Under the pieces are notes generated by a model that saw nothing but the letters and a program-made list of their open reading frames with translations, was not told the origin of the DNA and did no database searches. Both the position numbers and the translations under genes were made by a program. Shown piece after piece: positions 19,397 through 28,471 of a stretch of DNA of 64,000 nt (the stretch's first letter is position 1; every line of letters begins with the position of its first letter). The stretch is from Nitrospirota bacterium (GTDB lineage Bacteria; Nitrospirota; UBA9217), in NCBI GenBank assembly GCA_963754875.1, contig CAVWHO010000013.1:32001-96000 (forward strand). The letters run 5' to 3'.

Positions 19397-20500
19397 ATGT
19401 TGCCTAATTCTCCTGATGAAAAATACATGCGCCTGGCTCTCCGGCTGGCGAAAAAGGCGAAAGGCCGCACGAGCCCGAATCCCATGGTCGGCGCTGTGCT
19501 CGTGAAGAGCGGCAAGGTCATCAGTACGGGATTTCATCACCGGGCGGGAGAATCCCATGCCGAGGCCATTGCGCTCAAGAAAGCAGGATCGGCTGCGCGG
19601 GGGGCGACGCTCTATGTGACGCTTGAGCCATGTTCCCATACCAACAAGCGTACGCCGCCCTGCACGCCGCTCGTGCTGCAGAGCGGTGTAAAACGGGTCG
19701 TCGTGGCCATGATCGATCCGAATCCGCGCGTATCCGGAGGCGGCATCAAAGCTCTTCGAAAAGCCGGTATCGACGTCGTGACCGGCGTCCTGCAACAAGA
19801 GGCTCTGAAGTTGAACGAGGCGTTCGTCAAATATATTACATCAGGCATGCCCTTCGTGACGCTCAAGATCGCCCAGACCCTGGACGGCAAGATCGCCACC
19901 GCATCGGGAGAATCGCAATGGATCACCGGGGAAAAGGCGCGTGAGGAGGGGCACCGCTTGCGTGACGCCAATGACGCGATCCTTGTGGGCATCAACACCG
20001 TACTGAAGGACAATCCCTCGCTGACTGCGAGGATATCGAATGGCCGCGATCCTGTCCGGGTGATCCTCGACAGCAAACTGCGCATTCCTCTTACTTCGAA
20101 AGTTCTCACGCAGAAATCAACGTCAAAAACCATCGTGGCCACGCTTGCCACTGCGCCGAAGACGAAGATCAAGAAACTTCATGATGCCGGTGCAGACGTT
20201 TTTCTGGTCAAACCTGCCAAGGGCCGCGTGGATCTGCGGGACCTTATGAAGAAACTGGGGGGAAAAGATATACTGTCCGTGCTGATAGAAGGAGGTGCTG
20301 AGGTTCATGCCTCGGCGATAAGGGCAGGTATCGCAGACAAGGTCGTCTTATTCATCGCGCCGACGCTCATGACCGGCGCGGATTCACTTTGCTCCATTGG
20401 AGGGATTTCTCCGATTCGGCTCGACCGGGCAGTCAGACTCAAGGACATTACTACCCGCTTCATAGGAGAAGACCTGATGCTCGAAGGGTACATTCGCTGA
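19397..20500 (+). CDS. ribD: Riboflavin biosynthesis deaminase/reductase
   Basis: Motifs SPNPMVG, HAE, LEPCSH..TPPC, LDGKIA and IEGG. Confidence 0.96.
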   Translation: MLPNSPDEKYMRLALRLAKKAKGRTSPNPMVGAVLVKSGKVISTGFHHRAGESHAEAIALKKAGSAARGATLYVTLEPCSHTNKRTPPCTPLVLQSGVKRVVVAMIDPNPRVSGGGIKALRKAGIDVVTGVLQQEALKLNEAFVKYITSGMPFVTLKIAQTLDGKIATASGESQWITGEKAREEGHRLRDANDAILVGINTVLKDNPSLTARISNGRDPVRVILDSKLRIPLTSKVLTQKSTSKTIVATLATAPKTKIKKLHDAGADVFLVKPAKGRVDLRDLMKKLGGKDILSVLIEGGAEVHASAIRAGIADKVVLFIAPTLMTGADSLCSIGGISPIRLDRAVRLKDITTRFIGEDLMLEGYIR

Positions 20501-20512
20501 CCGGCAAAAAGA

Positions 20513-20920
20513 TTACATGCTGTGAACGAGATAGAGCACGAGGAAGGCGCCGATGGAAAGTACGGACAGGAAGAGCAGTACGCTTAAAACGACCGACGGC
20601 TTGTAGGTGTCTTCCTCGATCTGATGCTCTACTGCTTTGTACCGGACGAACGCAAGCACTCCCATCACCACGCCTAGGCCGACAAGAACGATCCCGACGA
20701 TCGACGAATAGCCCGGCGGCGGGGGGGAGGACTCTTTCCCCAGGTAATAAGCCATCTGCTTCACGAAGAGCGAGAATTTTTCTACTACGAACCCGAAGGC
20801 CATGATGGCGACGCTCGTCCGAATCCAGGCGAGGAAGGTCCGTTCATTCGCCATGTGGACCCGACGGTTGCGTCGGCCCTTGGATACTTTGTCAACGGCG
20901 GTTTCTGGCATCATACTCAT
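20513..20920 (-). CDS. DUF202 (YidH-like) membrane protein
   Basis: Motif ANERTFLAWIRT. Confidence 0.9.
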   Translation of the reverse strand: MSMMPETAVDKVSKGRRNRRVHMANERTFLAWIRTSVAIMAFGFVVEKFSLFVKQMAYYLGKESSPPPPGYSSIVGIVLVGLGVVMGVLAFVRYKAVEHQIEEDTYKPSVVLSVLLFLSVLSIGAFLVLYLVHSM

Positions 20921-20941
20921 CAGTTCTTTCTCTCCTGTCCC

Positions 20942-21529
20942 TCAACCCTGAATATACATAAATATTCCGCTTCTGATCATCTTCACGGCAAATGCTGCCA
21001 GGATCAATGACGCGACTTTGGCAAAGGCCCGGGAGCCGCTGATGCCGATGAGCTTTATGATCCGCTCCGACTGCGCAAAGATGAACCATGCCAGCAGCAG
21101 GTTCACAATGAGAGCAAGAATGACGGGAACGTATCCGTTCGTCCCCACAAGGACGAGGGCCGTCGTGAGCGTGCCGGGGCCGGCAATGAGCGGCGTGCCG
21201 AGCGGGACCACGCCGAATTCCGGGCTCCGTTCCATTTGCCGTTCGCCTGCGCGGACCACGTCGGTAACGGCGATGATCAATAGGACGCCGCCGCCGGCGA
21301 CCATGAAATCCTCGACCAGTATCCCCAAAGCATTAAAAATCGCTTGCCCGAGGAGGATGAACCCTATGGTTACCAAAAACGCGGTGGCAATGGACTGGCG
21401 AACAATCTTCTTCCGGTCCGCGCGCGTCACGCCCTCGGTCATGCCTACATAAAGCGGCAGCGTCCCCGGCGCATCGAGTGCAACCATGAGAGGAATGAGG
21501 GTCACTAAAAAAGGCTTGAAAAATTCCAT
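20942..21529 (-). CDS. MarC family membrane protein
   Basis: VPLGTPLIAGPG and six hydrophobic segments. Confidence 0.9.
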   Translation of the reverse strand: MEFFKPFLVTLIPLMVALDAPGTLPLYVGMTEGVTRADRKKIVRQSIATAFLVTIGFILLGQAIFNALGILVEDFMVAGGGVLLIIAVTDVVRAGERQMERSPEFGVVPLGTPLIAGPGTLTTALVLVGTNGYVPVILALIVNLLLAWFIFAQSERIIKLIGISGSRAFAKVASLILAAFAVKMIRSGIFMYIQG

Positions 21530-21792
21530 GCATGCTCCCCGGCTCCCAGAACAAACACCCGTATCAACTCTTCTGAGAAGAGTATAACCCAGTTTTCCCG
21601 AGGTGTCCAGCTCGGCGGCTCATAGAGGTGTGCGTGGGAAAGTGCGTGCCGGTTTCATTCTTCGTCTCATGGCGTACAATAGATATTTCCTATATAATAT
21701 TGAGAAGGAGATAGGTATTTGCAATTTGACGGGGCAGGTGACTCACGGTATTGTTAAACCACTTATGTCGAGTGTCGAGCGGAGGCAGGGAA

Positions 21793-22845
21793 ATGGCAGA
21801 CAACCAGGACAGCGGGCAGCAGCTCAAACTTACGTCGCTCAGCCACGGTGCCGGCTGAGCCTGCAAACTCGGTCCAAAGGTTTTGGACGAGATCCTCAAG
21901 GCTCTACCGAAGGTGACCGATCCGCGCGTGCTCGTTGGGACCGAAGATGACGCAGGCGTGTATCAACTGAGCGATGAAATTGCGATCGTCCAGACCGTGG
22001 ATTTCTTCACGCCCATCGTGGATAGTGGCTACGATTTCGGGGCGATTGCCGCGACCAATGCGCTCTCCGACATCTATGCCATGGGGGCAAAACCGCTTAC
22101 GGCATTGAACCTGGTGGCATTTCCGAAGGACGGGCCGCTGAATGTGCTCGGCGATATCATGCGCGGGGGTGCCGAAAAGGCGCAGGAAGCGGGGGTGGTC
22201 ATTATCGGCGGCCACTCCATCGACGATAAGGAGCCGAAGTACGGCATGGCCGTAACGGGTATCGTGCATCCCGGGCGCATAGTGCAGAAGGGCGGCGCGA
22301 GGCCGGGAGACTTACTTGTTTTGACCAAGCCCCTTGGAATCGGCATTATATCAACAGCGATCAAAGTGGGACGTGCATCGGACGAAATGATCGCGATTGC
22401 AACGCGCAGCATGAAAACGCTGAATAAGCTTGCTTCTGACGCAATGGTCGAGGTTGGGGTCAAGGGGGCCACGGACATAACGGGGTTCGGCCTGCTCGGT
22501 CATCTCCATGAGATGCTGCATACCAGCGGTGTGAGCGCGCGGCTGACGATGTCCCGGGTACCGGTCATTGAGGGAGTACGGGCCCTCGCGAAATTCAGTA
22601 TTCCCGGCGGCACACGCTCGAACCTGAAATATGTGAGCGACAAGGTCACGTGGTCGGAAGGAATATCGGAAGAAGAAAAATTGATCCTTGCGGACGCGCA
22701 GACTTCCGGCGGCCTTTTGATCGCGGTTTCTGCGGACAAACTCGACACGCTTCTCAAGGGACTCGCGGGGCGGGGAGTGGAGACGAGGGCGGTGATCGGA
22801 GAGATCACTGCAGGGGACGCAGGTAAAATAATGGTCGAAAGGTGA
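21793..22845 (+). CDS. selD: Selenide, water dikinase (selenophosphate synthetase); selenoprotein with UGA at codon 22 (21856-21858)
   Basis: MADNQDSGQQLKLTSLSHGAG-UGA-ACKLGP is in frame with the tracked ORF 21883-22845. Motifs DDAGV, TVDFFTP, TDITGFGLLGH and AQTSGGLL. Confidence 0.95.
21868..21891 (+). promoter_or_regulatory. Bacterial SECIS hairpin of selD
   Basis: ctc-g-gtccaaa-GGT-tttggac-gag, with the apical loop about 20 nt after the UGA. Confidence 0.8.
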
Positions 22846-22978
22846 TGGGGACAAGTGGTCATTCCCTTCTTTCATAATCCCGGATGAACAGAGCAGGCCG
22901 GGGAAATACGGAATCCCTCTTTCGAAAATGCCTGTCGGACCGTGATGAGTCAATTACCATCGCCCGTGAGGAACAGGC

Positions 22979-23084
22979 GAGGGGCAAATGGGGCTGGCGC
23001 CTCTCCTGGTCTGCAAAACCAGAGTCACGGTGTCGTGAGTTGACTGAAAACCGTGGTGGGTTTGATTTCCACTTCCCCTCTCCA
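22979..23084 (+). tRNA. tRNA-Sec-like tRNA with GCA (Cys) anticodon and U73 (selC*-like)
   Basis: GAGGGGCA AA TGGGGC-TGGC-GCCTCT CCTGGT-CTGCAAA-ACCAGA [long variable arm CACGGT..ACCGTG] GTGGG-TTTGATT-TCCAC TTCCCCTC T CCA. Confidence 0.85.
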
Positions 23085-23131
23085 GATTAGCCATATCGAT
23101 CAGCAATTCAGGATGCTTGTACGGAGGTTGT

Positions 23132-23731
23132 ATGCAGATAGATGCTCGCGGCAAAGCGTGCCCCCTGCCGGTGATGATGGCCGAGGAAGCGCTCTCGAAA
23201 ATCGGGGAAGGAATTCTCGAAGTCCTCGTGGACAACGAAGAATCAGCGCTCAATGTTTCGGGCTATGCAGCCCAGAATGGCATGTATGCTGAAACAGCAA
23301 AAGAAGGCAAGGATTGGAAGGTGAAGGTCGTCAAGGGGTATACGTGCAAAGTCCAGGGACCGGAGTCCAGCGTTCAGAGTGAACGGACCGCAAAAAGGAA
23401 GACATTGTTACTCATCGTCGGCACAGACAGCCTGGGCAAGGACGAAGATCTGGGAAAGAAATTGATGAAGGGTTTCTTTGACACCATGAGGGTGTACAAG
23501 CAGCTGCCCCATACCCTGTTCTTTTTGAATGCAGGGGTCAAACTGACTACGGTGAATGAAGAAAACGTCGGGGTGCTGAAGGAAATCGAGGCGCTTGGTG
23601 TGGAGATTTATTCCTGTGGCACCTGTTTGAAACACTACGATCTCGAGTCCGCATTGAAAGTAGGCAGCCGCGGTACGACGAACCAGATCGTGGAAGGAAT
23701 GCAGGATTTCGACAAGGTCGTGTGGGTGTAG
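23132..23731 (+). CDS. yedF: Sulfurtransferase-like selenium metabolism protein YedF (TusA + DsrE domains)
   Basis: IDARGKACPLPV, LG..LMKGF, FLNAGVKL and SCGTCL; located next to selD. Confidence 0.88.
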   Translation: MQIDARGKACPLPVMMAEEALSKIGEGILEVLVDNEESALNVSGYAAQNGMYAETAKEGKDWKVKVVKGYTCKVQGPESSVQSERTAKRKTLLLIVGTDSLGKDEDLGKKLMKGFFDTMRVYKQLPHTLFFLNAGVKLTTVNEENVGVLKEIEALGVEIYSCGTCLKHYDLESALKVGSRGTTNQIVEGMQDFDKVVWV

Positions 23732-23831
23732 ACGGCTTCACTGGGACGACAGACAGCAGTCTGCCTGTTCGGATAGACCTTTGAATCTCAAGTCTTCACT
23801 TGCTCAATTTCACTCATACATCTTTTGCAAT

Positions 23832-23865
23832 AAAAAAAAGGGACCTGTTGAGAACAGGTCCCTTT
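23832..23865. terminator. Bidirectional terminator
   Basis: aaaaaaaagggacctgtt-gag-aacaggtcccttt between convergent genes. Confidence 0.8.
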
Positions 23866-23902
23866 CATCTTTATATCATTTCACGTCGGCTGAAACGTTC
23901 CG

Positions 23903-25582
23903 TCAGGGAAGGGTAGCCAGGAAATTAGCATAATCCTGTGCAGTCGTCCCGGATGCCAACGAGGCCCCCTTGCTGACCATCGAATTGACTGTGGACAGCC
24001 ACGTGGTCGCCGTCCTGCCCGTGACTGTGTATCCGCCTGACTTGAGAACGGTAGTGTTCACAGTGAGACCGTGGCACATAGTGCAGGACGATGTTACCTG
24101 GGCCAGCGTAAGCGTCGGCGTCGGCGGCGTATAGGTGCAGGACTGCGAGAGGAGCGGCGTCCCGGCGCAGCCGGCTGGTGACGATGTCAGGAGGTTCCTT
24201 GTCTGCGTGCTGTTTGACTGGCAAGCACCCCATGCACTATAGGTGTAGGTGCATGCCGGCGGGACATAGGTGCAGGCTTGCGACGTGACCGGCGTTCCCG
24301 TGCAGCCTGCCGGTGTCGTGGTCAGCACGTTTCTGGTTTGCGTGTTGTTCGACTGGCAGGCGCCCCAGACGTCATAGGTGTACGTGCAGGCCCCAGGCGC
24401 AGGCGGTACATAGGTGCAGGCTTGCGACGTGACCGGTGTCCCCGTGCAGCCTGTCGGCGTCGTGGTCAGCACGTTTCTGGTTTGCGTGTTGTTCGACTGG
24501 CAGGCACCCCAGACGTCATAGGTGTACGTGCAGGCCCCAGGCGCAGGCGGCACATAGGTGCAGGACTGTGACACGACGGGTGTACCGGTGCAACCTGACG
24601 GCGATGTCGTCAGCACGTTTCTCGTCTGTGTGTTATCCGACTGGCAGGCGCCCCAAACATCATACGTATAGGTGCAGGCCACGGGCGTTGGAGTGGGCGT
24701 TGGAGTCGACGATAAAGCCGAAGCGATGGCTTGGATCTGGGCGGTCGTGAGCTTGGAGAGGAAGCTCATAGTGCCCACACTTTGAATCGCAGACTGTATC
24801 TGGGCTGCCGTCACACCTAACTTACTGCTTGTGGCAAGAGGTCCGTGGCAGGAACTGCAGTTAGTCACATAGAGTGCTGCCCCATTCACCTGTCCCGGCT
24901 GGGGCATGTTCCCGTTGTAGAAGGTCCCGGAGTTGATGTCATTGATCGGGGCAGTAAAGATCACCGCCCCGGTCTCTTTATTCGTGACGATGATCATGCC
25001 GTTTGATACGGTGATCTTCACGTCGTCGAACATGGCGTCAAGCCCGGTGTGGTCGGCTTCATAATCGTCGTTGACCGGGTCCTTGGTCGTCCCGTACAAG
25101 GAAAAAAGCGGCGTAAGTTTCTGCCGCAGACTGGCTATGGCTGTCGACCGGTGGGATTCTATGGACTCGTATAAAGCCGGGTCCGGATTTGCAGGGAGTG
25201 TTGAGGGGTCCCCATCGATTGCTGCGGCGAAAGCCGCATTTGAGAACGGGTTTATGTTCGCCGTACCCGGCCCTAAGGTAAATGAATACAACTGGTTCGT
25301 GCCGCTGCTGTCCGTCCACGTAACCGTGAGCACAAAGGGCGGTGTAAGCCCGCTTACGTTGATTGAGAACGATCCGTTGGCTGCCGACGTGGTCGTCCTG
25401 ACCCGCGGCGGAACCGACGCATCTGTCAGGGTAACAGTCCCGACTACGGGCGCCCCTGAGGCGGCTACGCCCTTTACCGACTGCGCCGGGCTCGGCGTAA
25501 TGTTGCTGACGCCGCAAGCGGCGAGCAGGACGCTTAATGCTACTGCGCCTGCCATGAGAATAGTGTCCATTTTTTTCTTCAT
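23903..25582 (-). CDS. Diheme cytochrome c lipoprotein with four Cys-rich thrombospondin-type-1-like repeats
   Basis: Lipobox LAAC; CSSCH and CTMCH; PT linkers; 4x CTYTYxxWGACQSxxTQTR...GCxGTP...C. Confidence 0.85.
   Translation of the reverse strand: MKKKMDTILMAGAVALSVLLAACGVSNITPSPAQSVKGVAASGAPVVGTVTLTDASVPPRVRTTTSAANGSFSINVSGLTPPFVLTVTWTDSSGTNQLYSFTLGPGTANINPFSNAAFAAAIDGDPSTLPANPDPALYESIESHRSTAIASLRQKLTPLFSLYGTTKDPVNDDYEADHTGLDAMFDDVKITVSNGMIIVTNKETGAVIFTAPINDINSGTFYNGNMPQPGQVNGAALYVTNCSSCHGPLATSSKLGVTAAQIQSAIQSVGTMSFLSKLTTAQIQAIASALSSTPTPTPTPVACTYTYDVWGACQSDNTQTRNVLTTSPSGCTGTPVVSQSCTYVPPAPGACTYTYDVWGACQSNNTQTRNVLTTTPTGCTGTPVTSQACTYVPPAPGACTYTYDVWGACQSNNTQTRNVLTTTPAGCTGTPVTSQACTYVPPACTYTYSAWGACQSNSTQTRNLLTSSPAGCAGTPLLSQSCTYTPPTPTLTLAQVTSSCTMCHGLTVNTTVLKSGGYTVTGRTATTWLSTVNSMVSKGASLASGTTAQDYANFLATLP
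24131..24676 (-). repeat. Four tandem repeats of about 144 bp (48 aa)
   Basis: Near-identical units are visible in both DNA and protein. Confidence 0.9.
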
Positions 25583-25830
25583 ATTTCCCTCTCTTTTGTA
25601 AATTTGGCTCTTTGAGTCTTTCGGTCAAGGATACTGCTGCTTCTGAATTGCAATCCTTAATTCTACCCGGCTTCGGTAACAAACACTGGAATGCAGCAAT
25701 TCTTGACGCATTCTTTAGTCTGCAGCTCAGAGATAGCGCCTAGGCAGGTGCAAAGAAAAAAATCCCTTCGATTGCTGCTATGGCCTGCATCACCCCCTCC
25801 TGCGCCCTTCTCTGAGAAGTACCAGGAACG

Positions 25831-25877
25831 AAAAAAAGCCGGGCGCCTCATATCGAAAGATATTTCGGCAGCCCGGC
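25831..25877 (-). terminator. Riboswitch expression-platform terminator
   Basis: Minus strand GCCGGGC(T)GCC...GGCGCCCGGC-TTTTTTT, overlapping the aptamer 3' strand. Confidence 0.8.
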
Positions 25878-25943
25878 TGTCTCAAGGAGATCCTGAAGGC
25901 TTTCCGCCCCATCCTCGCGGATGGTTGAGTATTGTCGTCTATC
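25859..25943 (-). promoter_or_regulatory. GEMM-I cyclic dinucleotide riboswitch, GEMM-Ib (cyclic AMP-GMP) type
   Basis: Minus strand GATAGACGACAATACTCAACCATCCGCGAGGATGGGGCGGAAAGCCTTCAGGATCTCCTTGAGACAGCCGGGCTGCCGAAATATC shows a P2 GNRA hairpin, the GGAAAG junction and P3. Confidence 0.9.
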
Positions 25944-26114
25944 TGGTACTATGGAATTCGAGCAGAAAAAAATTACGCCATGCGCCTGCAAAAACAAAAT
26001 GCCGGATATTTCACAACTAATGAAGAAATGTCGTCCGTCGCGATTACGCTGATCCCGTGCCGGAAGCATGAAGGTTTGTTTCGCAACTTTGCATCCTCAT
26101 TGGTTGATGTCTAT

Positions 26115-26131
26115 AGCAAATGGAATGCCAG
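26115..26131 (-). promoter_or_regulatory. Sigma-54 (-24/-12) promoter
   Basis: Minus strand CTGGCAT-TCCAT-TTGCT, upstream of the riboswitch. Confidence 0.7.
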
Positions 26132-26886
26132 AAATTGCAAATTTTTGTTATCTTATTGATTTATGAAAACAATCTCGATTTTGTCGGCACGTTTCACCAT
26201 CGCGTGAATTTTGCAAAGTGTCGGGTTTTTCCTACGGTAAAAAATGACGAATAGAAACAGTGATGTCGTTCAAATAATAAAAGCCCTGCAATAATGCTGT
26301 ATTATAGTCAGCCAATTCGTAAAACAGTGCAGAGCTTTTTCGCGCATAGAGAATTGAAAGAGAGCTCTTCCGCGCACAAAGAATTGCGGACGGTTTGATA
26401 GTGCTGCTGTAAAGGTAAAATAAGATACTTTTGGAATCATTTCGTCATTTTTCTCTGCCATATCAGCAGCGATCATTGCGGTCCTGCTGTCCGGTTTACT
26501 CATAACAGGTTCGAATGATGCCGTATACGTTGAACTATTCCCAAATAGTACAAGCAGGCTTAGCTGATAAAGTATCAACGAACTTTTCCCCGTGCTGATC
26601 ATAACGTTTGGCTATAGGAGCTTGTTGACAGGTTCGAGGGGCGGCGATAAAATTTTATCAAGCTTGAAGTCATTGATGAGCTGTGAAAGCTTATTACGAG
26701 GACATGAGCCAGGTCGCTTAAAAAATACTTCCACAGGCGTCGCTCTCGGAGTTCTCGACCAGAGTCATTCTGCACAATAAGCCCAGCGCAAAAGGGCGTG
26801 GAGGCCTTCGGTCCTTTTGTAATTGTGGCTTTACCAAGGAATGCAGATTTGTAAATTGTAGGCATTTGAAAAGGAGGCACCATTCC

Positions 26887-28095
26887 ATGAAGAAATTCGG
26901 TACAGATGTCCTGATACTCGCACTGTCGGCCGCATTTGTTTTCTCCCTGGCGAGTTGCGGCCGCAGTAACAGCAGCACTAGCACTAGCAGTATAACGCCG
27001 GTCAGTACCAACGCTCAGGCTGCGCAAGCGGCCACTGCCAGCGTCAAAACCGCCCGTAACGTTATGGTCATCGGCTCAGCGCTTGCGATGATAACTTCAG
27101 CGGCGACGAGCAGCGGCGTAGGATTGCCCCTTGCGCCGGCCATCAATGCCCCTTCGGGCACGACGAATGCCACAGCATTGGCCAGGTTTTCAACAACGTT
27201 CTCTCCAACCCTCAGGAGGACGATGGACGTTCGGGCTGCTGCATTGACGTTTCCCGTCACGATCGACTGTGCCACGAATACGACAGTAACAGGGGGCAGC
27301 ACAGCGACGCCGGACAGTGTCACGATTGTCGGGAGCGGCATCGGCCCGTTTACCGTAACGTTTAACGCGTGCAGGGAGGGGGTGGCGCAAGTGGACGGCG
27401 TCGTGACCGCGACGCTCACCGGGGTCATCGCTGCCACCTTGACGCTTGGAACAGACACCGCCCCGCTTACCGTGACCGAGTACGCAGGGGCCTCGTCTTC
27501 GTCTGTCATCGACGTTATTAAAACCACGTCGAACATATCGTTCAGTCAGTTGGGTGTGACCGACACGTTTGTGACGACGGGATCGTTCGAGAACTGGGAT
27601 TACGTGGCACATGGACACGAAAAGCAGGTCATGACCAATCTTATAATTGCGGTGACAACTGGGGTCGCAACGGTCGGCGGCGCAAACTATACGGCCGATA
27701 CGTTTACCGTGAACGGCCCTTCGACCGGTACAGTCTACCTGTCGGATACGGACAGTACGATAAACTATACGGAATCGGACAGTTATTCGAATTTTGTGAT
27801 CGTGGATAAATCACCTGCTGCAGGTTCGCCTGATTTCGACTATCTCACCATGACCGGCGTCTTCAGCATCTCCACCACGCCGGCAGACAAGTGTATCGAC
27901 GGCACATTCAGCATCGCAACAAACACTGATGTGAAGATCGACAATGCTACGGAGACGATAGTGGAGGGACAGCTCGCGATCAACGCGGCTGCAGTGGCGG
28001 TATATAATGCCGACGGCAGCCTGACGGTCACCGTGAACGGAGGCACGCCGGCGACGTTTTCGGAAGCGGAATTGGCGGCATTATGCTCATTGTGA
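26887..28095 (+). CDS. Ser/Thr-rich, beta-rich lipoprotein of unknown function
   Basis: SD aaggagg; lipobox LASC. Confidence 0.8.
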   Translation: MKKFGTDVLILALSAAFVFSLASCGRSNSSTSTSSITPVSTNAQAAQAATASVKTARNVMVIGSALAMITSAATSSGVGLPLAPAINAPSGTTNATALARFSTTFSPTLRRTMDVRAAALTFPVTIDCATNTTVTGGSTATPDSVTIVGSGIGPFTVTFNACREGVAQVDGVVTATLTGVIAATLTLGTDTAPLTVTEYAGASSSSVIDVIKTTSNISFSQLGVTDTFVTTGSFENWDYVAHGHEKQVMTNLIIAVTTGVATVGGANYTADTFTVNGPSTGTVYLSDTDSTINYTESDSYSNFVIVDKSPAAGSPDFDYLTMTGVFSISTTPADKCIDGTFSIATNTDVKIDNATETIVEGQLAINAAAVAVYNADGSLTVTVNGGTPATFSEAELAALCSL

Positions 28096-28153
28096 CAGAA
28101 CAGAGGAGGCGGAAGGGTTTCATCCATTTCGCTCCGAGAGGGCTTGTTTATGT

Positions 28154-28286
28154 GATGAAGTCGTAAAAAGTCGTCATTCCCGCTTGTCGGGAATCGTAGT
28201 GCTTTTACAACATACTGAAAAGAGAAGATTCCGGACAAGCCGGAATGATGTCAAAAGCGTGATATCCGACTTTTTACGAAACCATC
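28154..28286. mobile_element. MITE-like element enclosing a GTCATTCC REP-like unit (28173-28249)
   Basis: 19-bp imperfect inverted ends gatgaagtcgtaaaaagtc / gactttttacgaaaccatc. Confidence 0.7.
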
Positions 28287-28471
28287 TTATGTATACGCTG
28301 AAGGGAGATAAGGAGATTGCAAAATCCGGCTTAGTTCGTCGCGGTGAAATGTTCCTCGGCAGTTTGTCCTTCTAAAGTCGTCAGTGAAAAGGGCCGCCGG
28401 TTCATACGAGGAGGACCTTGATTCAGGATGATTTTGGTAGTAATATATAGTTCAGGAAGAAGGAGGGTGAA

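Noticed and set aside
22979..23084. Canonical selC (tRNA-Sec UCA) or ordinary tRNA-Cys
   Set aside because: The anticodon is GCA with U73, so it is not canonical selC. The long variable arm and Sec-type D arm are not those of ordinary tRNA-Cys.
26765..26850. Possible second riboswitch upstream of the 26887 lipoprotein
   Set aside because: Some pairing (caaaaggg/ccttttg) exists, but there is no GEMM or other recognisable consensus.
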